Origin: Planctomycetota bacterium | Lineage (GTDB): Bacteria > Planctomycetota > Planctomycetia > JALXBF01 | Length of the DNA stretch: 64,000 nt | Assembly: GCA_026991575.1 (NCBI GenBank) | Contig: JALXBF010000191.1 | Coordinates: 1-64,000, forward strand | Direction of reading: 5' to 3' | Notes under the pieces: generated by a model | The model's input: the letters and a program-made list of their open reading frames with translations, nothing else | The model's database searches: none | Told to the model about the DNA's origin: nothing | Program-made: the position numbers and the translations under genes | Shown here: positions 51,080-60,298 of the stretch, piece by piece | How the letters are laid out: every line of letters starts with the position of its first letter | How positions within the stretch are numbered: position 1 is the first letter of the stretch

Positions 51080-51300
51080 TCTGTTTCCCCGATTGGCCCG
51101 CAGACAGGGGGAGATGACCACCGTCTGCGACACCACCATGCTGACATGTGCTCAGAAACCCCCGTCACACGGCATCGACGTGCCTCTCAACCATAGGGCC
51201 CGGCGCGAATCGGGGCAAGTCGTGCGTGGACCTCGGCCGGGTCCGTTCTGTGCAACTCGTTATAATCCAAAGGGATGGCTCCTCTGGGGAGGACGGCGCC

Positions 51301-51810
51301 ATGAACGTTTCACTGACCGTCATGGGAGGCAAGCACAACGGGCGGGTGATTCCGGTCAACGTGCCGGAGTTTCGCATCGGACGCGATCGGCAGTGTCATC
51401 TTCGGCCGAACAGTCCGGACGTCAGCCGGTTTCACTGTGCCATTGTCCGTCGACCTGGTGGCGTATTCATCAAGGACTTTGGCAGCAAGAACGGCACGAT
51501 TGTTAATCAGCGCGTGCTCGTCGGCGGTGAGCTCCAGCTACAGGACGGCGACGTCATCGAAGTTGGTCGACTGGCATTTCTGGTTACGATCGAGCTGCCG
51601 GCGGCGGTTGCCGAAGAGCCTGCCGCTGAGGCGGCGGACGTCACGCCGGTTGCGCCGGGCGAGTCCCAGGTGATCGATGTGCTGGGCAGCGCAAGCGAAC
51701 CGACTGGCGAAGAGACGGTGATGATTCAGACGGAGGCAATCACCGGCGCGCCACCGGCCACGCAGCGCCCGCCGGACTCGGGCCCCATCTGGCTGGAAAC
51801 CACGCCGTGA
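51301..51810 (+). CDS. FHA domain protein
   Basis: GGAGG RBS; IGR...C.LRP...VSR.HC, DFGSKNGT.VN; upstream TATAAT at 51261-51266. Confidence 0.9.
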   Translation: MNVSLTVMGGKHNGRVIPVNVPEFRIGRDRQCHLRPNSPDVSRFHCAIVRRPGGVFIKDFGSKNGTIVNQRVLVGGELQLQDGDVIEVGRLAFLVTIELPAAVAEEPAAEAADVTPVAPGESQVIDVLGSASEPTGEETVMIQTEAITGAPPATQRPPDSGPIWLETTP

Positions 51811-51896
51811 GTGGCTACTGGACGCCGGGCAGAGGTGCTGAGCACCGATGCTCGGGGGGCCGGTCGTCGGTTGGCCGGCGGCAGCAGCAGCCGGTC

Positions 51897-53711
51897 TCAG
51901 AACGGCCAGATCATAGGGATCAGCACGACGGCGGCCAGCCACAGCAACACGTTCAGCGGTAGGCCGACGATGAGGAAATCGCGGAACTTGTACCCGCCCG
52001 GACCGTAGACGATCATGTTCGTCTGGTAGCCCACAGGGGAGGCGAAGCTGGCCGAGGCGGCCACCGCCAGAGCGATCAGGAACGGCTTGACGTCAACCCC
52101 TAGCTCAAGGGCGGCGTGGACGTAGATCGGGAACATCAGCGCTGCTGCCGCCGTGTTGGTGATCAACTCCGTGGCGACGACCGTCAGCGCGTACAGGGCG
52201 GCAAGCGTTACACGGGGCCCGAGCTGGCTGGTCACCGAGACGACGGCCGTGGCAGCGCGGTGGGCGAGGTGGCTCTGCTCTAGGGCAGCGGCTACGCCCA
52301 GAGCGGCCGCCACGGCAACGAGCATTTGCCAGTCGACGCTATAGCGAGCGTCCGTCAGCGAAATGCACCGCAGCGCGACCATGGCGCCCGCCGCCAGGAA
52401 CGCTGCCAACACCGGTGGCAGCAGGCCGGTGGTCATGGCGATGACCATGAGCGCGAACACGGCCAGCGCATGCGCGGTGCGATCGTAGCGGAACGGCCGG
52501 CTGCCGGCTACGTCACTGACCAGGTAGAAGTCAGGGTTGTTGCGGTGTGCCCGGGAGAAACCGGCGCCGACCTGCAGTAGCAGCGTGTCGCCGGGTCGGA
52601 GCACGATGTCACCGATCTTGGCCCGAATGCGCTCCCCGCTTCGGTGCACCGCTACAACGGCTGCGTTGTAAAGGGCGCGGAAGTTCGCCTCTCGGATCGT
52701 TAGCCCCACCAGCGGTGACGTCGGCGAGACTACCACCTCGCAAAGGCGACGGCCGCGTTGCGCTTGCGGCGTGACCACGTAGGACGAGTCTGCGGCGGGA
52801 GTCAGACCGGGGATCTTCTCAAGGTCCACGATCGTGCTGACAATGCCGGTGAACACCAGCCGATCGCCCGCTCGGATCGTCTCATCCGGACTGACCGGGG
52901 CGATGATCTTGCCTTCGCGTTCGATTTCGATCAGGAACAACCCGGGCAGGTGTCTTAGACCGGCTTCTTCGACTGTGGACCCTACCAGGTGGCAGTGGGG
53001 TTCGACGAGCATTTCGACCAGGTACTCGCGGCGCTGCTCACCGAGTTGTTCCATCAGCTCCTTTCGGCGCGGCAGCAGGCGGACACCAATGGTCAGAAGG
53101 TAGATGGTGCCAAGTAGCGCAAGCGGCACGCCGACCCATGTGATCTCGAACAAGCCCATGCCGCGTTCCATCTCGCCAAGGACCGCTTGAGGAAGTTGAT
53201 GGCTATCACCTGCACGGCGCATGAGGCCGTCCACGATCAGGTTGGTGCTCGTGCCGATCAGAGTGCAGATGCCGCCGAGAATCGCGAAGTACGAGACCGG
53301 AAGCAGCAGCCGCGATGGGCTGATGTGCCAGCGACGGCACCACTCCAGCACCATGGGCACGGTGAGCGAGACGACGGGGGTGTTGTTCACGAACGCAGAC
53401 GCCGGCAGCACGGCTAGGGCCAGTCGGAGCAGAGCGCGCCGTTCGCTGCGCACCGTGCCCAGCAGTCTGCGGCCAAGGTAGCTGAGAACACCGGTTTCCC
53501 GGAGCCCAGCAGCCACGACGAACAGGGCTCCGACCGTCAAGACGCCCGGGTTGGCAAAGCCACGGAACGCTTCGGACACGGTGATGACCCCGCAGGCCGC
53601 CAGCAGTACGGCCGTGCCCAGGAAAACGACGTCCGGGGGGGCCAGGTTTGCCAGCAGGCCCACGAGTCCGAAGGCCAGTACGACGATCGTTGTCACAGTC
53701 TCCCAGTCCAT
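51897..53711 (-). CDS. SLC13-family (DASS) permease with two TrkA-C domains
   Basis: GF.NP, SAFVNNTP, S.LL.P.SY..ILGG.CTLIGTSTN, two TrkA-C repeats, TE.ITN.AAA, SF.SP.GYQTN..VYGPGGY.F.DF. Confidence 0.92.
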   Translation of the reverse strand: MDWETVTTIVVLAFGLVGLLANLAPPDVVFLGTAVLLAACGVITVSEAFRGFANPGVLTVGALFVVAAGLRETGVLSYLGRRLLGTVRSERRALLRLALAVLPASAFVNNTPVVSLTVPMVLEWCRRWHISPSRLLLPVSYFAILGGICTLIGTSTNLIVDGLMRRAGDSHQLPQAVLGEMERGMGLFEITWVGVPLALLGTIYLLTIGVRLLPRRKELMEQLGEQRREYLVEMLVEPHCHLVGSTVEEAGLRHLPGLFLIEIEREGKIIAPVSPDETIRAGDRLVFTGIVSTIVDLEKIPGLTPAADSSYVVTPQAQRGRRLCEVVVSPTSPLVGLTIREANFRALYNAAVVAVHRSGERIRAKIGDIVLRPGDTLLLQVGAGFSRAHRNNPDFYLVSDVAGSRPFRYDRTAHALAVFALMVIAMTTGLLPPVLAAFLAAGAMVALRCISLTDARYSVDWQMLVAVAAALGVAAALEQSHLAHRAATAVVSVTSQLGPRVTLAALYALTVVATELITNTAAAALMFPIYVHAALELGVDVKPFLIALAVAASASFASPVGYQTNMIVYGPGGYKFRDFLIVGLPLNVLLWLAAVVLIPMIWPF

Positions 53712-53768
53712 GGTCGCTCTTGTCGCGGGCGCTCGTGGACGTGCCGACGTTCTCCTTTGCTAACCGCG

Positions 53769-53819
53769 CCCACTGGCCCGACGAGCGAAACGAGCTTGGT
53801 TCGACGGTTGCCCAGTGGG
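53769..53819 (-). ncRNA. Candidate cis-regulatory leader RNA (resembles DUF1646/nhaA-I Na+/Li+ riboswitch motifs)
   Basis: Transcript-sense CCCACUGG-GCAACCGUCGAAC-CAAG-CUCGUUUCGCUC-GUCGGG-CCAGUGGG; 8-bp closing stem, lies between promoter and permease start. Confidence 0.4.
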
Positions 53820-53827
53820 ACGCTTGG

Positions 53828-53857
53828 ATGCTAGCGCGGGCTGAGGCTGTGAGTCAA
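53828..53857 (-). promoter_or_regulatory. Sigma70-type promoter of the SLC13 permease
   Basis: TTGACT-N18-TAGCAT on the minus strand. Confidence 0.55.
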
Positions 53858-54632
53858 CGTGTAGTCCAGGGAAGGTGTTGGCGTCAAGGGCGCGCCATCC
53901 CGCCGGTGCGGTTCGGCTCTAAGCCTGGGTGGGGGGCTGCGGCAGCGGTGGATGCTTGCGGTGAGCTCCAGCACTCCGGTGGCGGCCGCCGGCCTGGAGA
54001 AGACGAGAAGGTGGTTCCATGTGGTGGCTTGGGTCAACGTGCGGGCGGTGGGGCCTTACGACCACCCGGCAGGGTTGATCCGAGAGTCGCCACAATGACG
54101 GGAAAGGTAGCCTTTGCCCGTGTCGCGGGCGGCTTAGCTCGTCCGCGGCACGGGCAGCGTGGGCTAGCGGAGTTTGTGGGCCAGCAGGCATTCTGACAGC
54201 TGTTCCCACGGGTGATGTGCCGTGCGTGGCGAAAGCCGTCCTTGACGGTTCGTGGACTGGTGCTCAGGCCCGGACAACGGAAGCAAAGCACCTTGTCTGG
54301 CGATGCCGGTGCTATTCATCAGTCAACGTTGCTCGCGGTGCAGGTGAACCCTTGGTCGCTGGCCTACCGGGCCAGCGCGGGCGGAGTCTGCATGGGTCTT
54401 CCTGGTCGGAAGGTCCTGTGTCGACCCGCTCCCCGCTCGCTCCCGCAGCAACCCGGCCCAGGGTACGTCCCCAAGAGCGCAACTGCCCTCGACCCACGAG
54501 GGGGGAGCTCCGCGCTACGTGCAACCGGCTCGAGCGGGCAGGCAGTTGTGGCGGCCGATGATCTCCGCGTGGTCGATTCACGTTGCCGGAGACGATCGGG
54601 CGTAGGATAGCTGCTGTGGTCGCTGGATTGGA

Positions 54633-54667
54633 AGAGAAAAGCCGTACCGACCACAGGGCGGTACGGC
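54633..54667 (-). terminator. Intrinsic terminator of the DUF1559-lipoprotein unit
   Basis: 9-bp stem GCCGTACCG/CGGTACGGC followed by TTTTCTCT on the minus strand. Confidence 0.7.
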
Positions 54668-54745
54668 CAAACGTACTCGTTCCACGCGCCACCTGGAAGG
54701 CGCGTCGGCCAGAGGAACTTCACGCGAAGCGTCGTGAGCGACAAC

Positions 54746-55039
54746 TTATCTGTTCTGTTGTGGAGCTTGATTCATTCCGGGATACCCCTCGTAGAGCTTG
54801 CGCTGCGCCTTCTCGAAGACTTCGGCGTTAGCATCGGGGCCACCCTGGTAGAGGGCTTCAAAGTCGACCTGGCCGGGCTCGACGCCTGGGTACGGCCCAC
54901 TGGAGATCGACTCCTGCAGCACGCGCTTTTCGTCTTGGACGGGCGAGGGTTCAGGGTTGCTGCTGCATCCCGTTGCCCACACATACGTTAGAACGATAGC
55001 ACCCGTAGCAGTCAGACGATAAATCGTCGTTCGTCCCAT
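54746..55039 (-). CDS. Small predicted lipoprotein (97 aa)
   Basis: AAGG RBS, positively charged N-terminus, hydrophobic stretch, lipobox-like ATG|C; follows the DUF1559 gene. Confidence 0.7.
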   Translation of the reverse strand: MGRTTIYRLTATGAIVLTYVWATGCSSNPEPSPVQDEKRVLQESISSGPYPGVEPGQVDFEALYQGGPDANAEVFEKAQRKLYEGYPGMNQAPQQNR

Positions 55040-55080
55040 CGTAGCTTGCCTTTCCTTCTGGAGGCGCGGAGAGAGGAGGT

Positions 55081-55110
55081 GGCCGGGGCGAGACACAACT
55101 CGCCCCGGCC
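55081..55110. repeat. Perfect 12-bp inverted repeat (intercistronic hairpin)
   Basis: GGCCGGGGCGAG-acacaa-CTCGCCCCGGCC; no U-tract on either side. Confidence 0.7.
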
Positions 55111-55126
55111 GGCCATGCGTTCGCCG

Positions 55127-56191
55127 CTAGTACGTCAGATCCCTTTCGCTGATCGGCTCCTGGCCGTCACGAGTGCCAATGGCGAACCAGATATTCTGGT
55201 CGATGTCCTCACTAATGAACCGGACGCGGCCGTCAGCAAACAGCACGTTTACGCCACCCGGATGCAGGCTCGCTGGAGCCATGCCGTGGTCGAACGGATC
55301 CCATCCGTGGTTGCAGGACTTACGGTTGGGCCGCATCGTGAAGCCGATGCCTGAGCCGCGACCGCCATTACCCCACCACCAGATTTCACCTTTGAAGTCC
55401 CAATCGTAGGTGGTCGATTCCTGGCAGCGCTGTTCGTACCACTTGTCACCCTCGCGCTGGGCCCGTAGCGCGGCACCCAGACCGCCTGGGTAAGCTCGAG
55501 CGTAGTCAGCGGTTTTCCAGGTCACGGCAAGATCGTCGCCGAATTCGGCAGTACGTGGTCCCTGCATGCCACCACGGATCCATTCGGTGAACGCTGCCGT
55601 GAACGACGTCCCGTCGATGATGTCTCGGATGCCGATCGGCTTGTTAATGGCCCAGTCCCAGCCGGGGGCGTACGTCACGCCGTTGGTGCGCCAGTTGTTG
55701 TACACGCGGGCCGTGCCAATGTTCATCGCATAGTTTTGCGACGTAGCTGGCGGACGCGAGTGGTCAAAATGCGGGTCGGATGGGCAGAGGAACACTTCGA
55801 TCCGAGCCCGTTTGAGCGTGTCGTTCGGGTCGTTGTTCCGCCACATGGCCCAGGGTGGTTGGCCGGGACCGAACTCCATGTTGGCCGAGTTGTAGATGTC
55901 GGCCCGATCCAGATAAGGCAGCAGATGCACCTTGGCGGACCATCGCGGCTCATACTTCATTCGGTCGGTCCAGCTCCAGTGCGTGCGTGCACCGTCTGGA
56001 GGGAAGTAGCCGTGTGTTTGGTGGTAGTTGTGCAGCGCAAGACCGATCTGCTTCAGGTTGTTCGCGCACTGCGCCCGACGAGCTGCTTCACGCGCCATCT
56101 GCACAGCGGGCAGCAACAACGCGATGAGCACAGCGATGATCGCAATGACGACCAAGAGCTCAATAAGCGTGAACCCGACTCTTCGTTTCAT
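55127..56191 (-). CDS. DUF1559 prepilin-type N-terminal cleavage/methylation protein with H-X9-DG motif
   Basis: [72 protein letters not shown]; start 56191 or 56200. Confidence 0.96.
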   Translation of the reverse strand: MKRRVGFTLIELLVVIAIIAVLIALLLPAVQMAREAARRAQCANNLKQIGLALHNYHQTHGYFPPDGARTHWSWTDRMKYEPRWSAKVHLLPYLDRADIYNSANMEFGPGQPPWAMWRNNDPNDTLKRARIEVFLCPSDPHFDHSRPPATSQNYAMNIGTARVYNNWRTNGVTYAPGWDWAINKPIGIRDIIDGTSFTAAFTEWIRGGMQGPRTAEFGDDLAVTWKTADYARAYPGGLGAALRAQREGDKWYEQRCQESTTYDWDFKGEIWWWGNGGRGSGIGFTMRPNRKSCNHGWDPFDHGMAPASLHPGGVNVLFADGRVRFISEDIDQNIWFAIGTRDGQEPISERDLTY

Positions 56192-57078
56192 CACGCTCAC
56201 TCCTCCAATGCCGATTTGCGATCAATGATCTCCACATAACCACATCGTCATCGTCCTTTGCTGGTACCAGTTCGCGGCATATTCCAGGCGCGCACACCTG
56301 CGCTGCGGTACCGTAACGGCGGTGGACGCGGCCCCCAGCCGCAGGTAGGCCGTTGGGACAAGGGACGGACAGGAGTGATCCAGCAGCACCGGCTAGTCCC
56401 GCGCTGACTCGTGACGGCGCACGCGACATATGCGGCCGCCGGCGAACGACTGGCCCGGAGGTGTCGCACAGATTGTGGCACGTCCGTCTGGCCGCTGTGG
56501 TCCGGTGGCATACCCAGCCTGAAGAAACGATGAACCTGCGTTACCAGACTCGGCGCACGAGCGCCACGGCCTCATACTCTGCTTCGGACGTGCCTCACTC
56601 TGTTTCGGAAGGATGGGCCAAGCGCCGGGCTGCGTAACCAGGATACCACACGTTGGGCGCTCCTGTCAACTACCACGCACGCCGTTTCTTGACCCCTGGC
56701 TCCCGCCGCCGGTTTGCTTTCTGCGGCGCGCCCAGTTGCCGGCGCCGCGTTCTGACCCCGGGGTCAGGCAACGCTGGGTATGCCTCTGCGATGCGTCTGG
56801 CACCGGCCTCTGGATCAACCGGCATCGGAGGGGCAGCTCGGGCGACTTGACCCGCGGCCCGCCCGGCCTATGATCGCCGTAACCGCCGGGCTGGCGATGC
56901 GAGCTCGAACGGCAGGGAAAGGGCCCACGACGGTCCGTTTACGCCGTGCGCGTTGACGCCATAACCGTGACCGGCTGAGGACGAAACCGCTGAGGCAACG
57001 GCGGCGTAGTCCCGGTTGGACGATCGCTTACGTTTGCGCTCCGTTACCGGCGCCTTCCGCAAGTTCCAAGGAGCTACC

Positions 57079-58209
57079 GTGCCACGATCGTCGCTGCGGG
57101 TTCGTCTGATCCGTTCCCTGGTGTGTGCTCTGCTCGGCGTGTTGTGCGGCGTATGGCTGCACGAGGCGCTACAGTCGGAGTCGGCCACCGGCGCGTTTCA
57201 GCGGGCACGGACCCTGTATGCTCAGGGGCAGGTTGACGATGCCCTTCGCGTCCTGGCCCGGCTCAGGGATGACCCGCAGTCGGGCCCGGAGGCGCTCTAC
57301 TGGATGGGCAGGATCCACTGGGAGCAAGGTCGTTGGCTGCGGGCCGAGCAAGCTTGGGAGCTCGTGCTTGAGCGACAGCCGAACTATGCAGAAGCTATCT
57401 GGGGGCTGTTGGACCTTTATGAAGCAGAGTCTCGAGTGGCCGAAGCAGAGGAGCTCGTTCTGCGGTCTTGGTCCGCGGAGCCCGATCCGGCGAATCGCAA
57501 GATACTCTTGGTTCGCCTCCTGGTGATGCACTGCGAAGAGCCCGGACCAGAGCAACTCATCCCGAAGCTGACCAAGGTGGTCGAACGCGAACCCGCCAAT
57601 ACGGCGGCGGTCCGGGTGCTGGCATTAAGCTATGCCCGCCTGGGCCAGTCCGGCGTCGCGCAACGGCTGCTGCACCGCGCACTGAGCGCCGTGTCTGGGC
57701 GGGCGGAACTCGAGTTGAGGCTGCAGTTGGCAGAGACCCTGCTTGATGCGGGCGAAAGCGAACAGGCAGCCGCCGAACTGGACCGGGTTCAGCCGTTGAT
57801 CCGTGATTCGAGCGGCGAGTTGAGCCGCCAACTGCTTGCGTGGTACTGGTGGCTGCGGGGGCGTAGCGTCGAGGTTTGTTCGGGCATAGCCGCTGCGGTA
57901 GCTGCGTACGAGCGGGCGGTCCAGGCGGTCCCGAGCGAAGCCCGGTACCGCTTCAGCTATGCCCGGGCGCTGCAGGCGATCGTTCGCGTGAGGGATGCCC
58001 AGGAGCAGTTTGCCGTGGCTCGCAAAATGCGCGACGCTCGTCAGGAACTGGTTCGGATTTTCCGTCGGATCTACGCAAAGGGGGGGCCAACCCCGTCGCT
58101 GTGCGCAGAGGTAGCGGACGTCTATCGCACGCTGGGGAAGGCGGAGCTGGCGAAACTCTGGCAGCGGCTGGCCGACGAGCTAAGCGCAGGCGGCGAGCGC
58201 ATGAGGTAG
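57079..58209 (+). CDS. Tetratricopeptide repeat protein with N-terminal membrane anchor
   Basis: AAGGAG RBS before GTG; hydrophobic N-terminus; several A/L/G-patterned TPR repeats. Confidence 0.8.
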   Translation: MPRSSLRVRLIRSLVCALLGVLCGVWLHEALQSESATGAFQRARTLYAQGQVDDALRVLARLRDDPQSGPEALYWMGRIHWEQGRWLRAEQAWELVLERQPNYAEAIWGLLDLYEAESRVAEAEELVLRSWSAEPDPANRKILLVRLLVMHCEEPGPEQLIPKLTKVVEREPANTAAVRVLALSYARLGQSGVAQRLLHRALSAVSGRAELELRLQLAETLLDAGESEQAAAELDRVQPLIRDSSGELSRQLLAWYWWLRGRSVEVCSGIAAAVAAYERAVQAVPSEARYRFSYARALQAIVRVRDAQEQFAVARKMRDARQELVRIFRRIYAKGGPTPSLCAEVADVYRTLGKAELAKLWQRLADELSAGGERMR

Positions 58210-58213
58210 TGGC

Positions 58214-60100
58214 ATGTGGGGGGTGAACGTCAAAGAGTTTGTCCTCACATTCCTGCCGGGCGTCGTGGCGGGTTACGTCCTCGCAGCCAGCTATGCACGC
58301 TTGGGTGCGCCGATCACTGCCGAACCACGCCGGCTGGCCGCTACGGCCCGCAGCGCACACGGTTCCTCGCTTCATCGTGCCGCGGCTGACGGCAAGCACG
58401 TAGCGGCAACGCGGCCCCGGTTCATCGACCTTACGAAAGCCGTGGGGCTTGATTTCCGCTACCGGCAGTTCATCACCGGCGAATTCTGGCTTCCGGAAGC
58501 GATGGGGGGTGGCGTGGCTTGGTTGGACTATGACGGCGATGGCTGGCTCGACCTGTTCTTCACACAGGGGGCTCCGATCGGACCGCGGGCAGGCGAGCCG
58601 GCTCCGACCGACGTGCTCTACCGGAACCTGTGCGGCGAGCGGCTTGCTCGTGTGCCCACCGATTCGGCCCCCGCAGATCGTGCGTACGGGATGGGGGTAG
58701 CGGTGGGTGATGTCGACAACGACGGCTTCCCCGACCTGTACATCACCAACTATGGTCCTGACGCACTCTATCTGAACAACGGCGACGGAACGTTTTGCCG
58801 GGTCGAGAGCTGGGGCACTGCTGACAACGCTCTGTGGGGGGCAAGTGCCGCTTTGGCCGACCTCGACCTGGATGGAGACCTGGACCTGTACGTCACCAAC
58901 TACCTGTCTTTCGACCCGAAGCAGCGGTGCTATCGACCGCCGCAGCACCAGCTCGGCTATTGCGGTCCCACGTTGTTTCCGCCGCAGAGGGACGTGCTGT
59001 TGGAGAACGACGGCCGTGGTCGCTTTGTGGACCGATCCGAAGCCAGCGGCATTGCTTACCATGCCGGCCGGGGGCTGGGCGTGGTGGTCGCAGACTTGGT
59101 CGGAGACGAGTTCCCGGAAATCTTCGTGGGCAACGACATGATGGAAAACTTCCTCTTTGTTCGCCAACACAACAGCCGCCTGCGCTACGAGGAGCAGGCG
59201 TTACTGCTCGGGTTGGCGTACGATGCGAACGGGCAAGCCCAGGCGGACATGGGGATCGCTTGTGGCGACATCGATAACGACGGCGACCTGGACCTGTACG
59301 CTACGCACTTCTACCTGGAATACAACACGCTCTGGATCAACGAAGGCGGGACCATGTTCTCGGACCGCACAGCTGCTGCCGGACTAGCGTTGCCGACGAT
59401 GCAGCCGCTAAGCTGGGGCACACACATGCTCGATTACGACGGCGACGGCTGGTTGGACCTGCTGGTCGTCTCGGGGCATATCAATGACTTCCGCCAGCAC
59501 GGCATTCCCTATGCAATGCCCTGCCAGCTGTTCGCAAATGTCGCAGGCCGTTTGAACCGGAAGCTACGCTTCGTGGAGGTTACGGACAGGGCAGGTGATT
59601 ACTTCGCCCGCTTGCATGTGGGCCGCGCCAGCGCGATCGGTGACTTCGACCGCGACGGACGGGTCGATGTCGCCATTGTGCACTACCATGAGCCGGCGGT
59701 CCTGTTGCGGAACGAGACCGAGTTAGTCGGCCGGTTCATCGGTCTGGTGCCGGTTGGTATCAGAAGCAACCGATCCGGTGTCGGCGTCGGCGTGCGACTC
59801 AACGGTACACGGCGGGGCCGCCGCTACAGCGTCTATCGGTATATTCCGGGGGGCGGTAGCTACCAGGCAGCGGATGCTCAAGAGATCCGTCTGTACCTGC
59901 CACCGGATCTTGTTCCCGAGGAGCTGGTGGTTCGCTTCCCGGGTGGCCGCATTGTGAGGGTTCCAGCGCCGCAAGCCGGCCACTATTACCGGCTGAGCGA
60001 GGCAGGGGACGTGCAGATTCTTGCTACGTTTCACCGCAGCCGAATACCATCAGCGGCAGGACAAATCGGCGGCCCTTCCGCGGGCGGAACTTCAGACTGA
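58214..60100 (+). CDS. CRTAC1/ASPIC-UnbV family protein with FG-GAP/VCBS repeats
   Basis: E.MGGG.A..DYDGDG..DL, D.DNDG.PDLY.TN, ADMGIA.GD.DNDG, GDFD.DG..D, SNR.G.G, GGSY.A. Confidence 0.9.
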   Translation: MWGVNVKEFVLTFLPGVVAGYVLAASYARLGAPITAEPRRLAATARSAHGSSLHRAAADGKHVAATRPRFIDLTKAVGLDFRYRQFITGEFWLPEAMGGGVAWLDYDGDGWLDLFFTQGAPIGPRAGEPAPTDVLYRNLCGERLARVPTDSAPADRAYGMGVAVGDVDNDGFPDLYITNYGPDALYLNNGDGTFCRVESWGTADNALWGASAALADLDLDGDLDLYVTNYLSFDPKQRCYRPPQHQLGYCGPTLFPPQRDVLLENDGRGRFVDRSEASGIAYHAGRGLGVVVADLVGDEFPEIFVGNDMMENFLFVRQHNSRLRYEEQALLLGLAYDANGQAQADMGIACGDIDNDGDLDLYATHFYLEYNTLWINEGGTMFSDRTAAAGLALPTMQPLSWGTHMLDYDGDGWLDLLVVSGHINDFRQHGIPYAMPCQLFANVAGRLNRKLRFVEVTDRAGDYFARLHVGRASAIGDFDRDGRVDVAIVHYHEPAVLLRNETELVGRFIGLVPVGIRSNRSGVGVGVRLNGTRRGRRYSVYRYIPGGGSYQAADAQEIRLYLPPDLVPEELVVRFPGGRIVRVPAPQAGHYYRLSEAGDVQILATFHRSRIPSAAGQIGGPSAGGTSD

Positions 60101-60298
60101 CACCATAGAGGATACCCGTTGGGCAGGGCAGTCGGCCAGGGAATGTACTGGGGACCCGATCGCAGAAGCGGGCCGCTTCTTAATGACCGCGTGAACTCGG
60201 GGGCCGGGTGGGCGCCGCGTCGGATGCGATGGCCTGAGGCGAACGATCCATGCCCGGCCTACGCGAACCGACTACCGCGCTCGTGACCGTTGCGCTTG

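Noticed and set aside
53795..53812. tRNA/tmRNA-like GGTTCGAC
   Set aside because: No cloverleaf, no GGGG 5' end and no CCA-type 3' acceptor stem.
54259..54292. SRP RNA domain IV look-alike (TCAGG...GGAAGCA)
   Set aside because: No GNRA tetraloop, the symmetric loop register is off, and no long flanking helix was seen; kept only as part of the unexplained-gap finding.
58500..59680. Recurrent GACGGCGAC-type DNA repeats
   Set aside because: Explained by DxDxDG calcium-binding FG-GAP protein repeats.
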